Positions 1-8,938 of a stretch of DNA of 64,000 nucleotides are shown here, one piece after another; the first letter of the stretch is position 1; the number at the start of each line of letters is the position of its first letter. Origin of the DNA: Bacteroidales bacterium (GTDB taxonomy: Bacteria; Bacteroidota; Bacteroidia; Bacteroidales; F082); NCBI GenBank assembly GCA_017477425.1, contig JAFUVT010000006.1, forward strand, positions 2,161 through 66,160. The letters run 5' to 3'. The translations under genes and the position numbers were made by a program. The notes beneath the pieces were generated by a model. That model worked only from the letters and a program-made list of their open reading frames with translations, was not told the origin of the DNA and did no database searches.

Positions 1-968
1 GGATAAGTATCATTGGTATAATCAGGGAAAGTGGAAACGCCATGGCCGAATAACGGTTCGTGCAGAAAAGCGTCCCAGGCTATTTCAACAATATTATCTC
101 TTCCTGTGAGCACATCACCGGCCTTGTGAAACTCTACTGTACGGTCGAGGCCATAAATGGTAATTCCGACGGTTTTGAGTATCGTGTTAAAGAAATCCAA
201 TATATTCCAAAAGTAGATTCCAATCAAGATAGCACCCAAAAGTATCAGCAGGGAACGCCAGCTTTTCATCCTAATGCCATCGCGCTCATTATCGAACGGA
301 AAGATATAGATGGCAACAATTGTAAAAATCAAAGAAAGGACAACACCTCGGGAACCGGACGAAAGAATCAGGTACATGAACAGCATATTGACGGCAACCA
401 GTAACCACATGAACATTTTCTGCAGTCGCCTGTCATAACGGATATACTTCAGCAAATACACTATTGTGCATACTGCTGGCAACATGAACGCATACGAAGT
501 ACCCATACCCAGGCTATCCTCCTGCGAAACATACAAGAACAGGGTGTCGATAAAGGGCAAGCCAATCAGCGGCATCAGCATGGACGTGAGCAGGAAGGCG
601 CGCGCATTAATCTTCACCTGCACCATCAGGAAACTTAAAATGACTTCGCAGAAAAACACGACAAAGGTAGCTGAAGTCTTGTATTGCGAATACATGACGG
701 TGAACAGATAGGCAATCAGACACACAACCATCATCACGAATGCCGGAGCAGACATCTTCAGCCCTTTGCCTGCCGAGAAAAAAGTGACGAGAACCCATGC
801 CGTCGCAACAGCAATATAAAGGTATGTCATGATGCCATGCAATGAGGGCGATGCAATGAGCAAAAGGGTTGTCAACGTCCATACACCAGCACTGAGTGCC
901 AAGAGAATGGAGTAGGCGTTGGACACTTGATTATTACTATGTGCTGTAATCTTAAGTCGTTTCTGCAT
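1..968 (-). CDS. O-antigen/capsule repeat-unit polymerase (Wzy-like) integral membrane protein; 3' end runs off the window
   Basis: My own translation from the ATG at 968-966 stays open to base 1. It is missing from the ORF track because there is no in-window stop. MQKRLKITAHSNNQVSNAYSILLALSAGVW... is hydrophobic with multiple TM segments and has an SSGSRG loop typical of O-antigen polymerase/ligase domains. Adjacent to Wzx and GT2. Confidence 0.55.
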   Translation of the reverse strand, partial: MQKRLKITAHSNNQVSNAYSILLALSAGVWTLTTLLLIASPSLHGIMTYLYIAVATAWVLVTFFSAGKGLKMSAPAFVMMVVCLIAYLFTVMYSQYKTSATFVVFFCEVILSFLMVQVKINARAFLLTSMLMPLIGLPFIDTLFLYVSQEDSLGMGTSYAFMLPAVCTIVYLLKYIRYDRRLQKMFMWLLVAVNMLFMYLILSSGSRGVVLSLIFTIVAIYIFPFDNERDGIRMKSWRSLLILLGAILIGIYFWNILDFFNTILKTVGITIYGLDRTVEFHKAGDVLTGRDNIVEIAWDAFLHEPLFGHGVSTFPDYTNDTY

Positions 969-984
969 AAACGTAAACTAAATA

Positions 985-2478
985 TTAGGGTATGAACCGC
1001 ACTAACTTCTTATTGACCCGAGGAAGAAGACCCGCCATGATTTCCTTGTAGGAAACCTTGGCAATCAGACATGCTACATAGTAGATAACGCCAAACAGCG
1101 CAACGGTTATGGCGGCTAATACAAATTTGTTGACCACGATGAAGAACGTGAGCGCATAGGCTATGCCCGTTGATGCCAGACAAGCGACAAGTATCATGGT
1201 CAGTTCCTTAACAGGGATAAGCTGACGCATAGGACGCTGGGCATAGTCGGCTACAACACGCATCATGAGATAGAGCTTAAACACCTGGCAACACTCAGAG
1301 ATAACAGCTAAAGCAACAGGTGAGTCTATCGTCTTGACAAAACCAAACTCTAACACCACAATCAGTATGGCTGTCACCATGTGAATATTGGCAAAAGCCT
1401 TTGTCCTTCCGATGGCGAGCATTATGGGCGCAAACGGAACTATATAAAAGAGGCTGCTAATGTTCTTGATCATGAAATAGACACCAGAAGCGTCATAGAT
1501 GTCGCCATACAGGCAGACCATTATCAGACGGGCAAAGACAACGGAGAAAATCAGAATCGGGAAAATAATCTTGGCGGATTTGACCAGTGCCGACCGCCAG
1601 AGGGCAAGCACCTCCTCCTTTTTGTCGCTGTTGCCATTTTCTAACTCAGACAGTCTTGGCAGCAACACGGCGGCCACAGCGGAGACGACCATCGTAGCGA
1701 AAGGTATCTCCATAAAGCCGTTGGAGAAGTCGGCAAACTCCTCATTGCCATAGTAGCGACTAATGAAGAACTGCGTGGCGGAGGTGATGATAAGTCCCCA
1801 GATGGAGGCATACAGCAACGGCAGGGAGAATGAAAGTATCTTCTTGTAGGTCAGGTCGGATTTTTGGTGCGTTTCATGGCGCACTGGAGCATCCTTCATC
1901 CATAGGGCGATAACGAATATCAGGAAGGAGGCCACATCGAAACCGACGATGGCATGGATATAGTTGCCATTGAACAGAAACACAGGAAGAACGGTAATAC
2001 CCACTTTCAGCACACGAGTAGCCACGGTATAGATGGCCAGGTACTGCGTCTTGCGGAACGAAGCATAGATGCCGTCGAGACCGAAGGAAGGCAACAAAAA
2101 GAAGGGCGTGGGCGAGAATACCTTCAAGGCCAATGACAAGTCATCATTGTTTAACCACTTGGCAATAAGGCCTGACCCAAAGAATATGACCAACGAGAAC
2201 ACAATACCCATCAGGAAAAACAGGTTGGTGATCTTGTTGATGATATCTTTCGAGTAGGTATTGTCATACTTTGGCAGGAAATAGGAGTAAGCACGAGGCA
2301 GTCCTATGGTAAAGACCGTAACAAGCGATGAATAGACAAACATCACCTGTTTGTAAGTCCCGTAGTCAGCCTTGGTGAAAACACGGCTGAGAATCATGGG
2401 ACTCACAATGGCTACCAAGAAGGAGAAGAAACTCCCGATGCCTATCCAAAGTGCCTGACGTGAGTTATTTGTTGACAT
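985..2478 (-). CDS. wzx: Polysaccharide/oligosaccharide flippase (Wzx, MOP superfamily)
   Basis: 497 aa with about 12-14 predicted TM segments. The N-terminus, WIGIGSFFSFLVAIVSPMILSRVFTKADYGTYKQVMF, is typical of polysaccharide biosynthesis/flippase proteins. Lies in a capsule-locus context. Confidence 0.8.
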   Translation of the reverse strand: MSTNNSRQALWIGIGSFFSFLVAIVSPMILSRVFTKADYGTYKQVMFVYSSLVTVFTIGLPRAYSYFLPKYDNTYSKDIINKITNLFFLMGIVFSLVIFFGSGLIAKWLNNDDLSLALKVFSPTPFFLLPSFGLDGIYASFRKTQYLAIYTVATRVLKVGITVLPVFLFNGNYIHAIVGFDVASFLIFVIALWMKDAPVRHETHQKSDLTYKKILSFSLPLLYASIWGLIITSATQFFISRYYGNEEFADFSNGFMEIPFATMVVSAVAAVLLPRLSELENGNSDKKEEVLALWRSALVKSAKIIFPILIFSVVFARLIMVCLYGDIYDASGVYFMIKNISSLFYIVPFAPIMLAIGRTKAFANIHMVTAILIVVLEFGFVKTIDSPVALAVISECCQVFKLYLMMRVVADYAQRPMRQLIPVKELTMILVACLASTGIAYALTFFIVVNKFVLAAITVALFGVIYYVACLIAKVSYKEIMAGLLPRVNKKLVRFIP

Positions 2479-2494
2479 ATATGATATTATCTTC

Positions 2495-3418
2495 TTATTT
2501 TACGATGTATTTAGCGTTCTTTCTCTCGTTCTTGAGAAAACGTTTGAAGCCGGGAAACAGTTTTTGGGTGTTGATGAAGATGTTCTGCTTGTACTGCCAT
2601 GCTTCCTTCAACATCATCCAAAGTTTTGAAAAACCGTACTCTCTACTCTGATATAGGAAATGGATAACCATTGCCTGATGTTTCCCTAGTTTTTCGCTTT
2701 TAAGTAATTGATTACGCCTGAGTGCAACTAAATACCTTGAATGAAGTACTTCAAAATCACGACGTTTTGTAAGACTTCCGCTTGATACCGTGACAACATA
2801 GGCATCTGCATCTATTGCAGATATGCTTTTCGCTAAGAGGCCGGCTTTTGTTGCAAACATTGCGTCATTAGCCGCCCTCACTTCATCAAATGTAATACTA
2901 TTCTCTTTCACCAGAGAATGTCGTATCATTTTTGCCCATGGCACAATATGCTTTATTCTTAGAGATAGTTCATCTTCTTTTTCAAGATAATCAATTATCA
3001 TCTTGGAATAAGGTTCTGCCCTATCGGAATACTCGCCTGTATCAGTATATATACCTGTTGACTTAAAAAAAACGATATCAGCTTGTGTATTTAACTGCTT
3101 TTGGAATAAGTCAAATGCCCCTTCTGTAAAATAATCATCAGCATCGGAAAAGATTAACCATTTCCCGGTAGCAGCTTCAAGCCCCACATTCCGTGCACCC
3201 CCAGCATGACGGGACGGCTCTGACCAGAGAAGTTTATAATCGCGCTCGACTCCAATCTCTTCCTTGGTCACTGGCGTAGGAGTATTATCAACCACGATAA
3301 TCTCAATCCTGTCCGAAACGGGTATGCTGTTGAACAGTCTTGGCAACGTCTGGATCGAATTCCGCTGCGGTATAATGACCGAGAAATCCACATTATTTGA
3401 ACTCGCTTCTTTTTCCAT
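2495..3418 (-). CDS. Family 2 glycosyltransferase
   Basis: FSVIIPQRNS...IIVVDNTPTP...IFSDADDY is the GT2 DxD architecture. The likely start is M36 (MEKEASS) at 3418; the ORF-track start at 3523 adds an unlikely Cys/Arg-rich extension. AT-rich. Confidence 0.8.
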   Translation of the reverse strand: MEKEASSNNVDFSVIIPQRNSIQTLPRLFNSIPVSDRIEIIVVDNTPTPVTKEEIGVERDYKLLWSEPSRHAGGARNVGLEAATGKWLIFSDADDYFTEGAFDLFQKQLNTQADIVFFKSTGIYTDTGEYSDRAEPYSKMIIDYLEKEDELSLRIKHIVPWAKMIRHSLVKENSITFDEVRAANDAMFATKAGLLAKSISAIDADAYVVTVSSGSLTKRRDFEVLHSRYLVALRRNQLLKSEKLGKHQAMVIHFLYQSREYGFSKLWMMLKEAWQYKQNIFINTQKLFPGFKRFLKNERKNAKYIVK

Positions 3419-3614
3419 ATAAATATCTTGTTTTCTACATAGGATTGTTCCACTTTCCGGCAGAAGGATCTGATGACGAAAACCATCTGTGCATGGAGGG
3501 TTTCGGCAAATCAAATCCAGCATGTTAACTGTTAACCGTTAATTGCTTTTATTGTTCTGGCAGGCAGTATCGAACTGCAAACTTCCGTTCCACCTATGCT
3601 GCCAGAAAGGTTGT

Positions 3615-4370
3615 TTAGATATGCTCCTCAAAGCCTCTGAAGTGAACATTCAGTTCATGCAGATGCTCCAACAGCGTTCCCAGCGGGGTTCCGGCAGTCA
3701 TCTTGGCAAAGGCGTTGACATCCTTGGGGAAGCACTTACCACCATAACCGAACTTACCGTCAGGGCCGGGGACGTAAGTGTGGGTATCGTTGATATAGCC
3801 AGAAAGCAGCACGCCCGTGTGCACCTTGCGCCAGTCAGCCCCCATTTGCTCGCAGTACTCGCGACAGGCGTTGAAATAGGTGACCTTATAGGCCCCGAAC
3901 ACGTTGTGCATGTACTTGGTGAGCTCTGCCTCTAACGGGGTCATGACGGTAAACTTCTTGCCCACGAAGATCTTGGTGAGCAGTTCGTGGGCTCCGGTGA
4001 AGACCATGGTCTGCTTGCGGAAGTCCTCAAGGTGTGTACGCTCGGTGAGGAACTCGGGCATGTAGCATACCTGATGGCCGTTATCCTTGGAGAGGCGGTC
4101 ACTGGTGCCGGGAAGGATGGTGGTGCGCACGAAGACGGGCACATCGGGGAGCTTGGTGATGAGTTCCTTCATCAGCGTGAGGTCCTGCGTGCCGTCGTCC
4201 TCGGTGGGGACGTGGATCTGCAGGAACGCGATATCGATACCACTCAGGTCATCGTTGTAACCCTTGGGAGGGTCGCTGATGAACAGTTTACACTCGGGGT
4301 TGTTATGCTCCAACCAGTCTTTCAAGGCTCCGCCTACGAAGCCGCATCCGATAATTCCAACGTTAATCAT
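3615..4370 (-). CDS. Short (251 aa) UDP-glucose/GDP-mannose dehydrogenase-family-like protein, copy 1
   Basis: N-terminal Rossmann motif VGIIGCGFVGGAL and the catalytic-Cys motif GYGGKCFPKDVNAF of nucleotide-sugar dehydrogenases. It lacks the usual C-terminal UDP-binding domain. Paralog of 13073..13828. Confidence 0.6.
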   Translation of the reverse strand: MINVGIIGCGFVGGALKDWLEHNNPECKLFISDPPKGYNDDLSGIDIAFLQIHVPTEDDGTQDLTLMKELITKLPDVPVFVRTTILPGTSDRLSKDNGHQVCYMPEFLTERTHLEDFRKQTMVFTGAHELLTKIFVGKKFTVMTPLEAELTKYMHNVFGAYKVTYFNACREYCEQMGADWRKVHTGVLLSGYINDTHTYVPGPDGKFGYGGKCFPKDVNAFAKMTAGTPLGTLLEHLHELNVHFRGFEEHI

Positions 4371-4446
4371 TGTGTGTATGTTTTAGTGTTTATTGTTTTA
4401 GTTAGTTGTTGTTTGGTTAAGAAGAATCAAGGGATATGAATCATGG

Positions 4447-4643
4447 GACGGTTCCTCGATCACTTTTCTCTATTCTAACTTGTTAATCACTCCATAAGTT
4501 ACTCTTGTGAGCCGTGAGAGCTGGCGCAGACCAACACCCAGTTCCAAGTAGCTCATGATAAGCTCGTTTCTCTTATCTTTCTCCAGTTCATGCACCTTTA
4601 TCGGGTCTGCTGCAGAATCGTAGAATCGGGAGACGGTTCCTTG
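4447..4643. repeat. 197-bp direct repeat, copy 1 (partner at 7495..7692)
   Basis: Aligned by eye to 7495..7692, about 90+% identical. Both copies begin and end with GACGGTTCCT. Contains most of the small HTH ORF 4470..4676. Confidence 0.8.
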
Positions 4644-4676
4644 CACTTTGGTTGCTTGGTTCAGACGTGTTATCAC
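4470..4676 (-). CDS. Small helix-turn-helix ORF (possible remnant of a resolvase/transposase/sigma-like HTH)
   Basis: 68 aa ending GVGLRQLSRLTRVTYGVINKLE, which looks like an HTH. It lies inside a repeat whose second copy has no ATG start, so it may be a gene fragment. Confidence 0.3.
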   Translation of the reverse strand: MITRLNQATKVQGTVSRFYDSAADPIKVHELEKDKRNELIMSYLELGVGLRQLSRLTRVTYGVINKLE

Positions 4677-4777
4677 GACACAATGTCGCGAAAGATGTCG
4701 CGAAAAACATTGTCGTAATAATCAAAACAAATATTCGCGACACAATGTCGTAAAAAGAGTCGCAATTGTTCTCTTCT

Positions 4778-6298
4778 CTAATCCTTACTATCTTCTGCAA
4801 CGACATAAACGGTTCCCCTTCCTTCACCCCTACGCTCTATTCTTTTCTTTTCAACAAGTGATTTCATCAACCGCTCTGCCGTCTTTTTCTCCAACTTAAG
4901 ATATTCTTCTACATTTTTTCTGGTTGTTTCTCCGTTTAAACGGATAAAGTCAAATGCTTTCCTTTCTTTCTCTGTCAACTTATCTTCACTGACACCCTCA
5001 GTGTTTCGTGACAAAACAAACGAAAGATAAGGTGCTTCCCATTTTGCTACAGGCAGAGGAAAGCTATATACATCAGGCAAATCCCGCATGGTTTTGAACC
5101 CCAAACCTCTCTGCTCAGACAAATTCATAACACCAAACACGAACATCATTCTGGGATTACGACTTATCGTTGGAGCCGAAAAGTTGTTTATTTGTTCCAG
5201 AGTTATAGGTTCTACAGGGTATCCAGGCGACTTTACAACTATCTCACGACTACTGATTGTAAGATAGATTGGAGAACCAGAAATCTCATACTGGCGATGT
5301 ATGATGGCATTGATAAGTACTTCTCTTATCACCTTCAAAGGATAATCATATATGGGTTGTCTTTCCGGGTGCGACCGATCTATTTGCTTGCCTATTTTTT
5401 GTTCATACCATTGATAAGCATTGTCAGGTTGCTTCACCAATGGGCCTACAATGTCGACAATATCACCTTCAGTGCCATCATCATTTATGAATGTAGCCTT
5501 GATGATTGCATTGGGGAACGACACTTCAGGATGCTTTCCGAACAACAATAATCCTGTACCGGACGGAACATACCCATTTTTGGTCGAGACCAAAATGCCA
5601 AATTGTGTAAGCAGCTGCATACATTCCCTCTCACCAAACTTTACATCCCATCCCGCTTTATCCAAAAAGGCTTGAACAAGTTCCGTATCAAGCGATTCAA
5701 GGGTACAATTCTTGACAGGTGCATCAAGCGTGCCTTCTGCCTCTTTCATCTTTTTAGATTCATCTTTTGCGAGTAGGCTCCTTTCGTTTGCCGCATTAAG
5801 GAATTCCGCATTACATTTCCTGATTTCTTCTTGAAGATCTCTGTCAAACAGAGCAACTTCAACGCCATGCGTTTTAAGGTGGTCACAGCCTTTGCCACTG
5901 ACAGTCGGGTCTGGATCTTCTATACCATAATACACTTTGGCAATACGTGCATTAGTAATGCGTTCAGCACACGAAAGCTTCGGTGACTTCCTTGCTCCTG
6001 GAGCACATGGCTCAAGAGTGGCAAATAGTATAGCCCCAGTAAGATTTTGGTCTCTACACTTGCGTTCAATGAGAGTATATTCTGCATGGTCTCCCTCTCG
6101 CAGTTCACCCCGGTAGGCTGTTTCTATGGTTCCATCTGGTTTGACAATAAGTGCACCAACTTTGGGCGTTGGCTTTCCGTCTTCCCTAACTTCGGCTACG
6201 GAGTTCTTCATTACATTCACCACCTCCTCCATATACCTTCTAATCTGTTCCTTCGTCAGTTCTATCATAGTATGTATTAATGTATTGTTACAAATCAA
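4778..6298 (-). CDS. Fusion protein: RibD/CDA-fold zinc deaminase + AlbA_2-like region + HATPase_c_4 (RecG-C-like) + C-terminal winged helix
   Basis: The deaminase has the HAE (DHAEYTLIE) and PC...C (TLEPCAPGARKSPKLSCAE) zinc motifs. GLLLFGKHPEVSFPNAIIKA is AlbA_2-like. REVLINAIIHRQYEISGSPIYL...RNPRMMFVFGVMNLSEQRGLGFKTM matches HATPase_c_4. The C-terminus FDFIRLNGETTRKNVEEYL...RGEGRGTVYVV is a wHTH. The start may be M11 (6268). Confidence 0.7.
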   Translation of the reverse strand: MICNNTLIHTMIELTKEQIRRYMEEVVNVMKNSVAEVREDGKPTPKVGALIVKPDGTIETAYRGELREGDHAEYTLIERKCRDQNLTGAILFATLEPCAPGARKSPKLSCAERITNARIAKVYYGIEDPDPTVSGKGCDHLKTHGVEVALFDRDLQEEIRKCNAEFLNAANERSLLAKDESKKMKEAEGTLDAPVKNCTLESLDTELVQAFLDKAGWDVKFGERECMQLLTQFGILVSTKNGYVPSGTGLLLFGKHPEVSFPNAIIKATFINDDGTEGDIVDIVGPLVKQPDNAYQWYEQKIGKQIDRSHPERQPIYDYPLKVIREVLINAIIHRQYEISGSPIYLTISSREIVVKSPGYPVEPITLEQINNFSAPTISRNPRMMFVFGVMNLSEQRGLGFKTMRDLPDVYSFPLPVAKWEAPYLSFVLSRNTEGVSEDKLTEKERKAFDFIRLNGETTRKNVEEYLKLEKKTAERLMKSLVEKKRIERRGEGRGTVYVVAEDSKD

Positions 6299-6382
6299 TT
6301 TCTTATCTTTGCATCATACCTTTGGCACCTTCGAAAAACAGGGGACGGGGCTTTGATCCGTCAATTGCAATTCGATTCTTTA

Positions 6383-7291
6383 TCATATTTGCAATAAGCC
6401 CCCAAAATCACTTTTCATTCGTTCCAAGGCAAAAGATTCCGATTCTGCCACCTCTCCCAGTGTAGTGTTAACAACTGCCTTGATTGACAAAGAAGGGTCT
6501 TCTGAAAGTAGCCGTATAAACACCTTTGCAATTTTGGAATCCACTCTATATGAAGCAGTGAATTGTTGACCAAATTCAAGTTTTACTGGATAGCTGTTGG
6601 TATCTATTACTGTTAATATGCTGAAAGCATCAGCATTTCCATCAAAGGGTCTTGACATTTTAAAGAAAGGCTCTTGAAAGTATCGATGTTCCTTTGATGA
6701 GTTGGTGACAGTTACCCTGATTTGCAATCCTCTTTTGCCAGAATACATATAATTATATGTCTCAAACACATGGTAAAAACTTAAATAAACTAAGGCCACA
6801 GTATCTTTTCTTTCTCCATGTTTCAATGTTGTCGATCTAAGTACACTAGGAAGCGGCCTCTCGTTTTGCAGAGCCTCTACCATCTCCTTGATAACAGTAT
6901 CGTATTGACTATCATCCGTCATGTCATCGCCTTTCCTGCCTTGAAGAATCGGTGGAAATGACGTCTCGAAAGTTCCTGCCCGTAAGACGGGGTAGTATTT
7001 TGTCGTATCAATATCATTCATCATCTCTGCACCGATAATCGACTCCTCAAATGCCACCCCTTTGCCTGTTTCGGCTTTTTGCTTGTATTGAGGCGTACCA
7101 ATAACCAGAACTTTATCCGCCTTCGACAAGCCAAGCTCCATAAAACGAGTGAAAGAAGAACCCTTGGGCATGTACTGGTCGAGAAGGATTTCAAAACCAC
7201 CCAAGGCCGACAAATCATCGGCAAATTTCTTCACCCATGCTTTATGCTCTTCACTATCGTGTGAATATGAAATAAAAATCACTTTAGCCAT
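6383..7291 (-). CDS. SEFIR/TIR-like domain protein with an uncharacterised ~160-aa C-terminal domain
   Basis: The N-terminus KVIFISYSHDSEEHKAWVKKFADDLSALGGFEILLDQ...VLVIGTPQYKQKA...GVAFEESII...YYPVLRAG matches the bacterial SEFIR/TIR_2 pattern. AT-rich. Confidence 0.7.
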   Translation of the reverse strand: MAKVIFISYSHDSEEHKAWVKKFADDLSALGGFEILLDQYMPKGSSFTRFMELGLSKADKVLVIGTPQYKQKAETGKGVAFEESIIGAEMMNDIDTTKYYPVLRAGTFETSFPPILQGRKGDDMTDDSQYDTVIKEMVEALQNERPLPSVLRSTTLKHGERKDTVALVYLSFYHVFETYNYMYSGKRGLQIRVTVTNSSKEHRYFQEPFFKMSRPFDGNADAFSILTVIDTNSYPVKLEFGQQFTASYRVDSKIAKVFIRLLSEDPSLSIKAVVNTTLGEVAESESFALERMKSDFGGLLQI

Positions 7292-7494
7292 ATTTCTATT
7301 ATTTCAGTTACAAAACACAGATCGGGGTCTGGCTTTTTGCTTGTTTTCCCTGTTATTGCCCTAAGCTATTTATTTCTTTAAAAGTCTCTGTCAAGCGTTC
7401 AACCTACCAGGAGCCGACTTTCCCATGAGCTTTTCTTCAGATGTTCGGACATCTATCTGAATATTAAAAATTGGATCATGAATCAGAATCAGAA

Positions 7495-7692
7495 GACGGT
7501 TCCTCGATCACTCTTCTCCAATCTAACTTGTTAATCACTCCATAAGTTACTCTTGTGAGCCGTGAGAGCTGGCGCAGACCAACACCCAGTTCCAAGTAGC
7601 TCGTGATAAGCTCGTTTCTCTTATCTTTTTCCAGTTCTTGCACCTTTATCGGGTCTGCTGCAGAATCGCAGAATCAGGGGACGGTTCCTTGA
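7495..7692. repeat. 197-bp direct repeat, copy 2 (degenerate copy of the HTH ORF, no ATG start)
   Basis: Aligns with 4447..4643. The reading frame is retained (..DPIKVQELEKDKRNELITSYLELGVGLRQLSRLTRVTYGVINKLD..), but both Met start codons of copy 1 (M1 and the internal M41, which reads ITSYLELG here) and the stop are changed. Confidence 0.8.
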
Positions 7693-7706
7693 TCCGTAAT
7701 AACTTG

Positions 7707-7997
7707 TCAGTTATCCTTCAAAGCAGAAAGTATGCCCACTCTTATGCTAGTTTTTATCTGTTCTGTTGCCGAAACGATAACGACTTTTTCAAAAAAGCTA
7801 GCTTGCCCCATTTTTTTACAAAGCTGTCCAAATATCTGTTTGGCACAGAAAGTGGCCATTGTTTTAACATCTTGCATGTCAATTGTTACAGAACCTTCTT
7901 CTTCAATGCAATCGCTAATTGTCTTGTATATTCTACTGCCCAGTTCTTCGTCACTGATTATAGTTCCAAAATCTTTTATTATTATTATCGTGTTCAT
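7707..7997 (-). CDS. 96-aa STAS-like (DUF4325-like) protein, cassette A
   Basis: Small alpha/beta-type sequence with an IDMQDV motif followed by Thr49. Its start overlaps the stop of the upstream ATPase gene (ATGA). Same length and motif layout as 11652..11942. Confidence 0.6.
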   Translation of the reverse strand: MNTIIIIKDFGTIISDEELGSRIYKTISDCIEEEGSVTIDMQDVKTMATFCAKQIFGQLCKKMGQASFFEKVVIVSATEQIKTSIRVGILSALKDN

Positions 7998-8938
7998 TGA
8001 AAATTGATTAATAAGTCATTTAATTGTTCATTGTTTTTTTCGATATCATCAATCGTAATCGGATTAGTCAAAAAGAGTTTTACATACACTATTGTCCCAT
8101 GCCATGTCGCAGAAGTGTAAAAACGCGTTTTGCCTGCCATGTTCTCATAGCAATACTCTTCTGACCGCAATAAGAATCGGCTTCCCGATTTGGTGACTAT
8201 TTCGTTGATAAGCCACAACCCATACCCCATGTGGTTGCTACCTTTTTTTGAGGTTACGTCTTTTTTTAATGCCATCTTCAACGCATCTTCTTTTTTGCAA
8301 CGCGGAAATGCATCTGTAATGCTTTTTACAACCCCTTCGCCAGAATCGGCACATGCAATCTCAATCATTTCCTGGTTTCCATGGGCAACAATAACAGACT
8401 TCGAGTCGCCCAAGGCATGAGCCCAGAAGTTCAAAAACATCTCTGAAAAAACAGTGAAGATCATCGCGTTGACCTTATGATTATGATAATAACCCTCAAT
8501 CTTCCGCGAATAATCGTTATTCAAGTAGTCGGAAGAGCTGGTCTCCTTCAGTAATGCCATAGGAGCGATGATAAAATCATCGGAAACACTTACCTGTAAG
8601 TTTTTGTATTGTCTATCTGAATCCTTGTTTTTCTTCAAGTCGTCTATTAAATTTTTGAACCCATAGTAGGCCACTCGGTCTCTAATAGTTCTGTTTTCTT
8701 CATAATTCAGAAGACAAGGGTTGAAAAAACACTTGTTGACAACTGAATAATCCAAAAACTTATATAGGATAAGCAGCCCTAATAAGTCAAGTTCGACCAC
8801 GTCTTGAAAATCCAAGTAGAAAGAATGCTTTTGTAATTGTTTGTATCTATAAAAACAGCCTAACTTTCTTATGATTTCGTCATCGTAGTTTTTGACCATC
8901 CTGCTTGGAACCTTTAATATTGTAGGGCTATTGGCCAT
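7994..8938 (-). CDS. GHKL (histidine-kinase-like/SpoIIAB-RsbW-like) ATPase with an N-terminal STAS-like region, cassette A
   Basis: Bergerat-fold boxes: N box SEMFLNFWAHA, G1 ADSGEGV, G2 GYGLWLINEI. The N-terminal LDFQDVVELDLLGLLILYKF is STAS-like. Overlaps both neighbouring genes. Confidence 0.65.
   Translation of the reverse strand: MANSPTILKVPSRMVKNYDDEIIRKLGCFYRYKQLQKHSFYLDFQDVVELDLLGLLILYKFLDYSVVNKCFFNPCLLNYEENRTIRDRVAYYGFKNLIDDLKKNKDSDRQYKNLQVSVSDDFIIAPMALLKETSSSDYLNNDYSRKIEGYYHNHKVNAMIFTVFSEMFLNFWAHALGDSKSVIVAHGNQEMIEIACADSGEGVVKSITDAFPRCKKEDALKMALKKDVTSKKGSNHMGYGLWLINEIVTKSGSRFLLRSEEYCYENMAGKTRFYTSATWHGTIVYVKLFLTNPITIDDIEKNNEQLNDLLINFQ

Noticed and set aside
60-882. Track ORFs 60..404 (+), 466..711 (+) and 607..882 (-) at the left edge.
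   Set aside because: A continuous minus-strand frame from 968 to base 1 encodes a coherent multi-TM Wzy-like protein. The listed ORFs are out-of-frame or antisense by-products.
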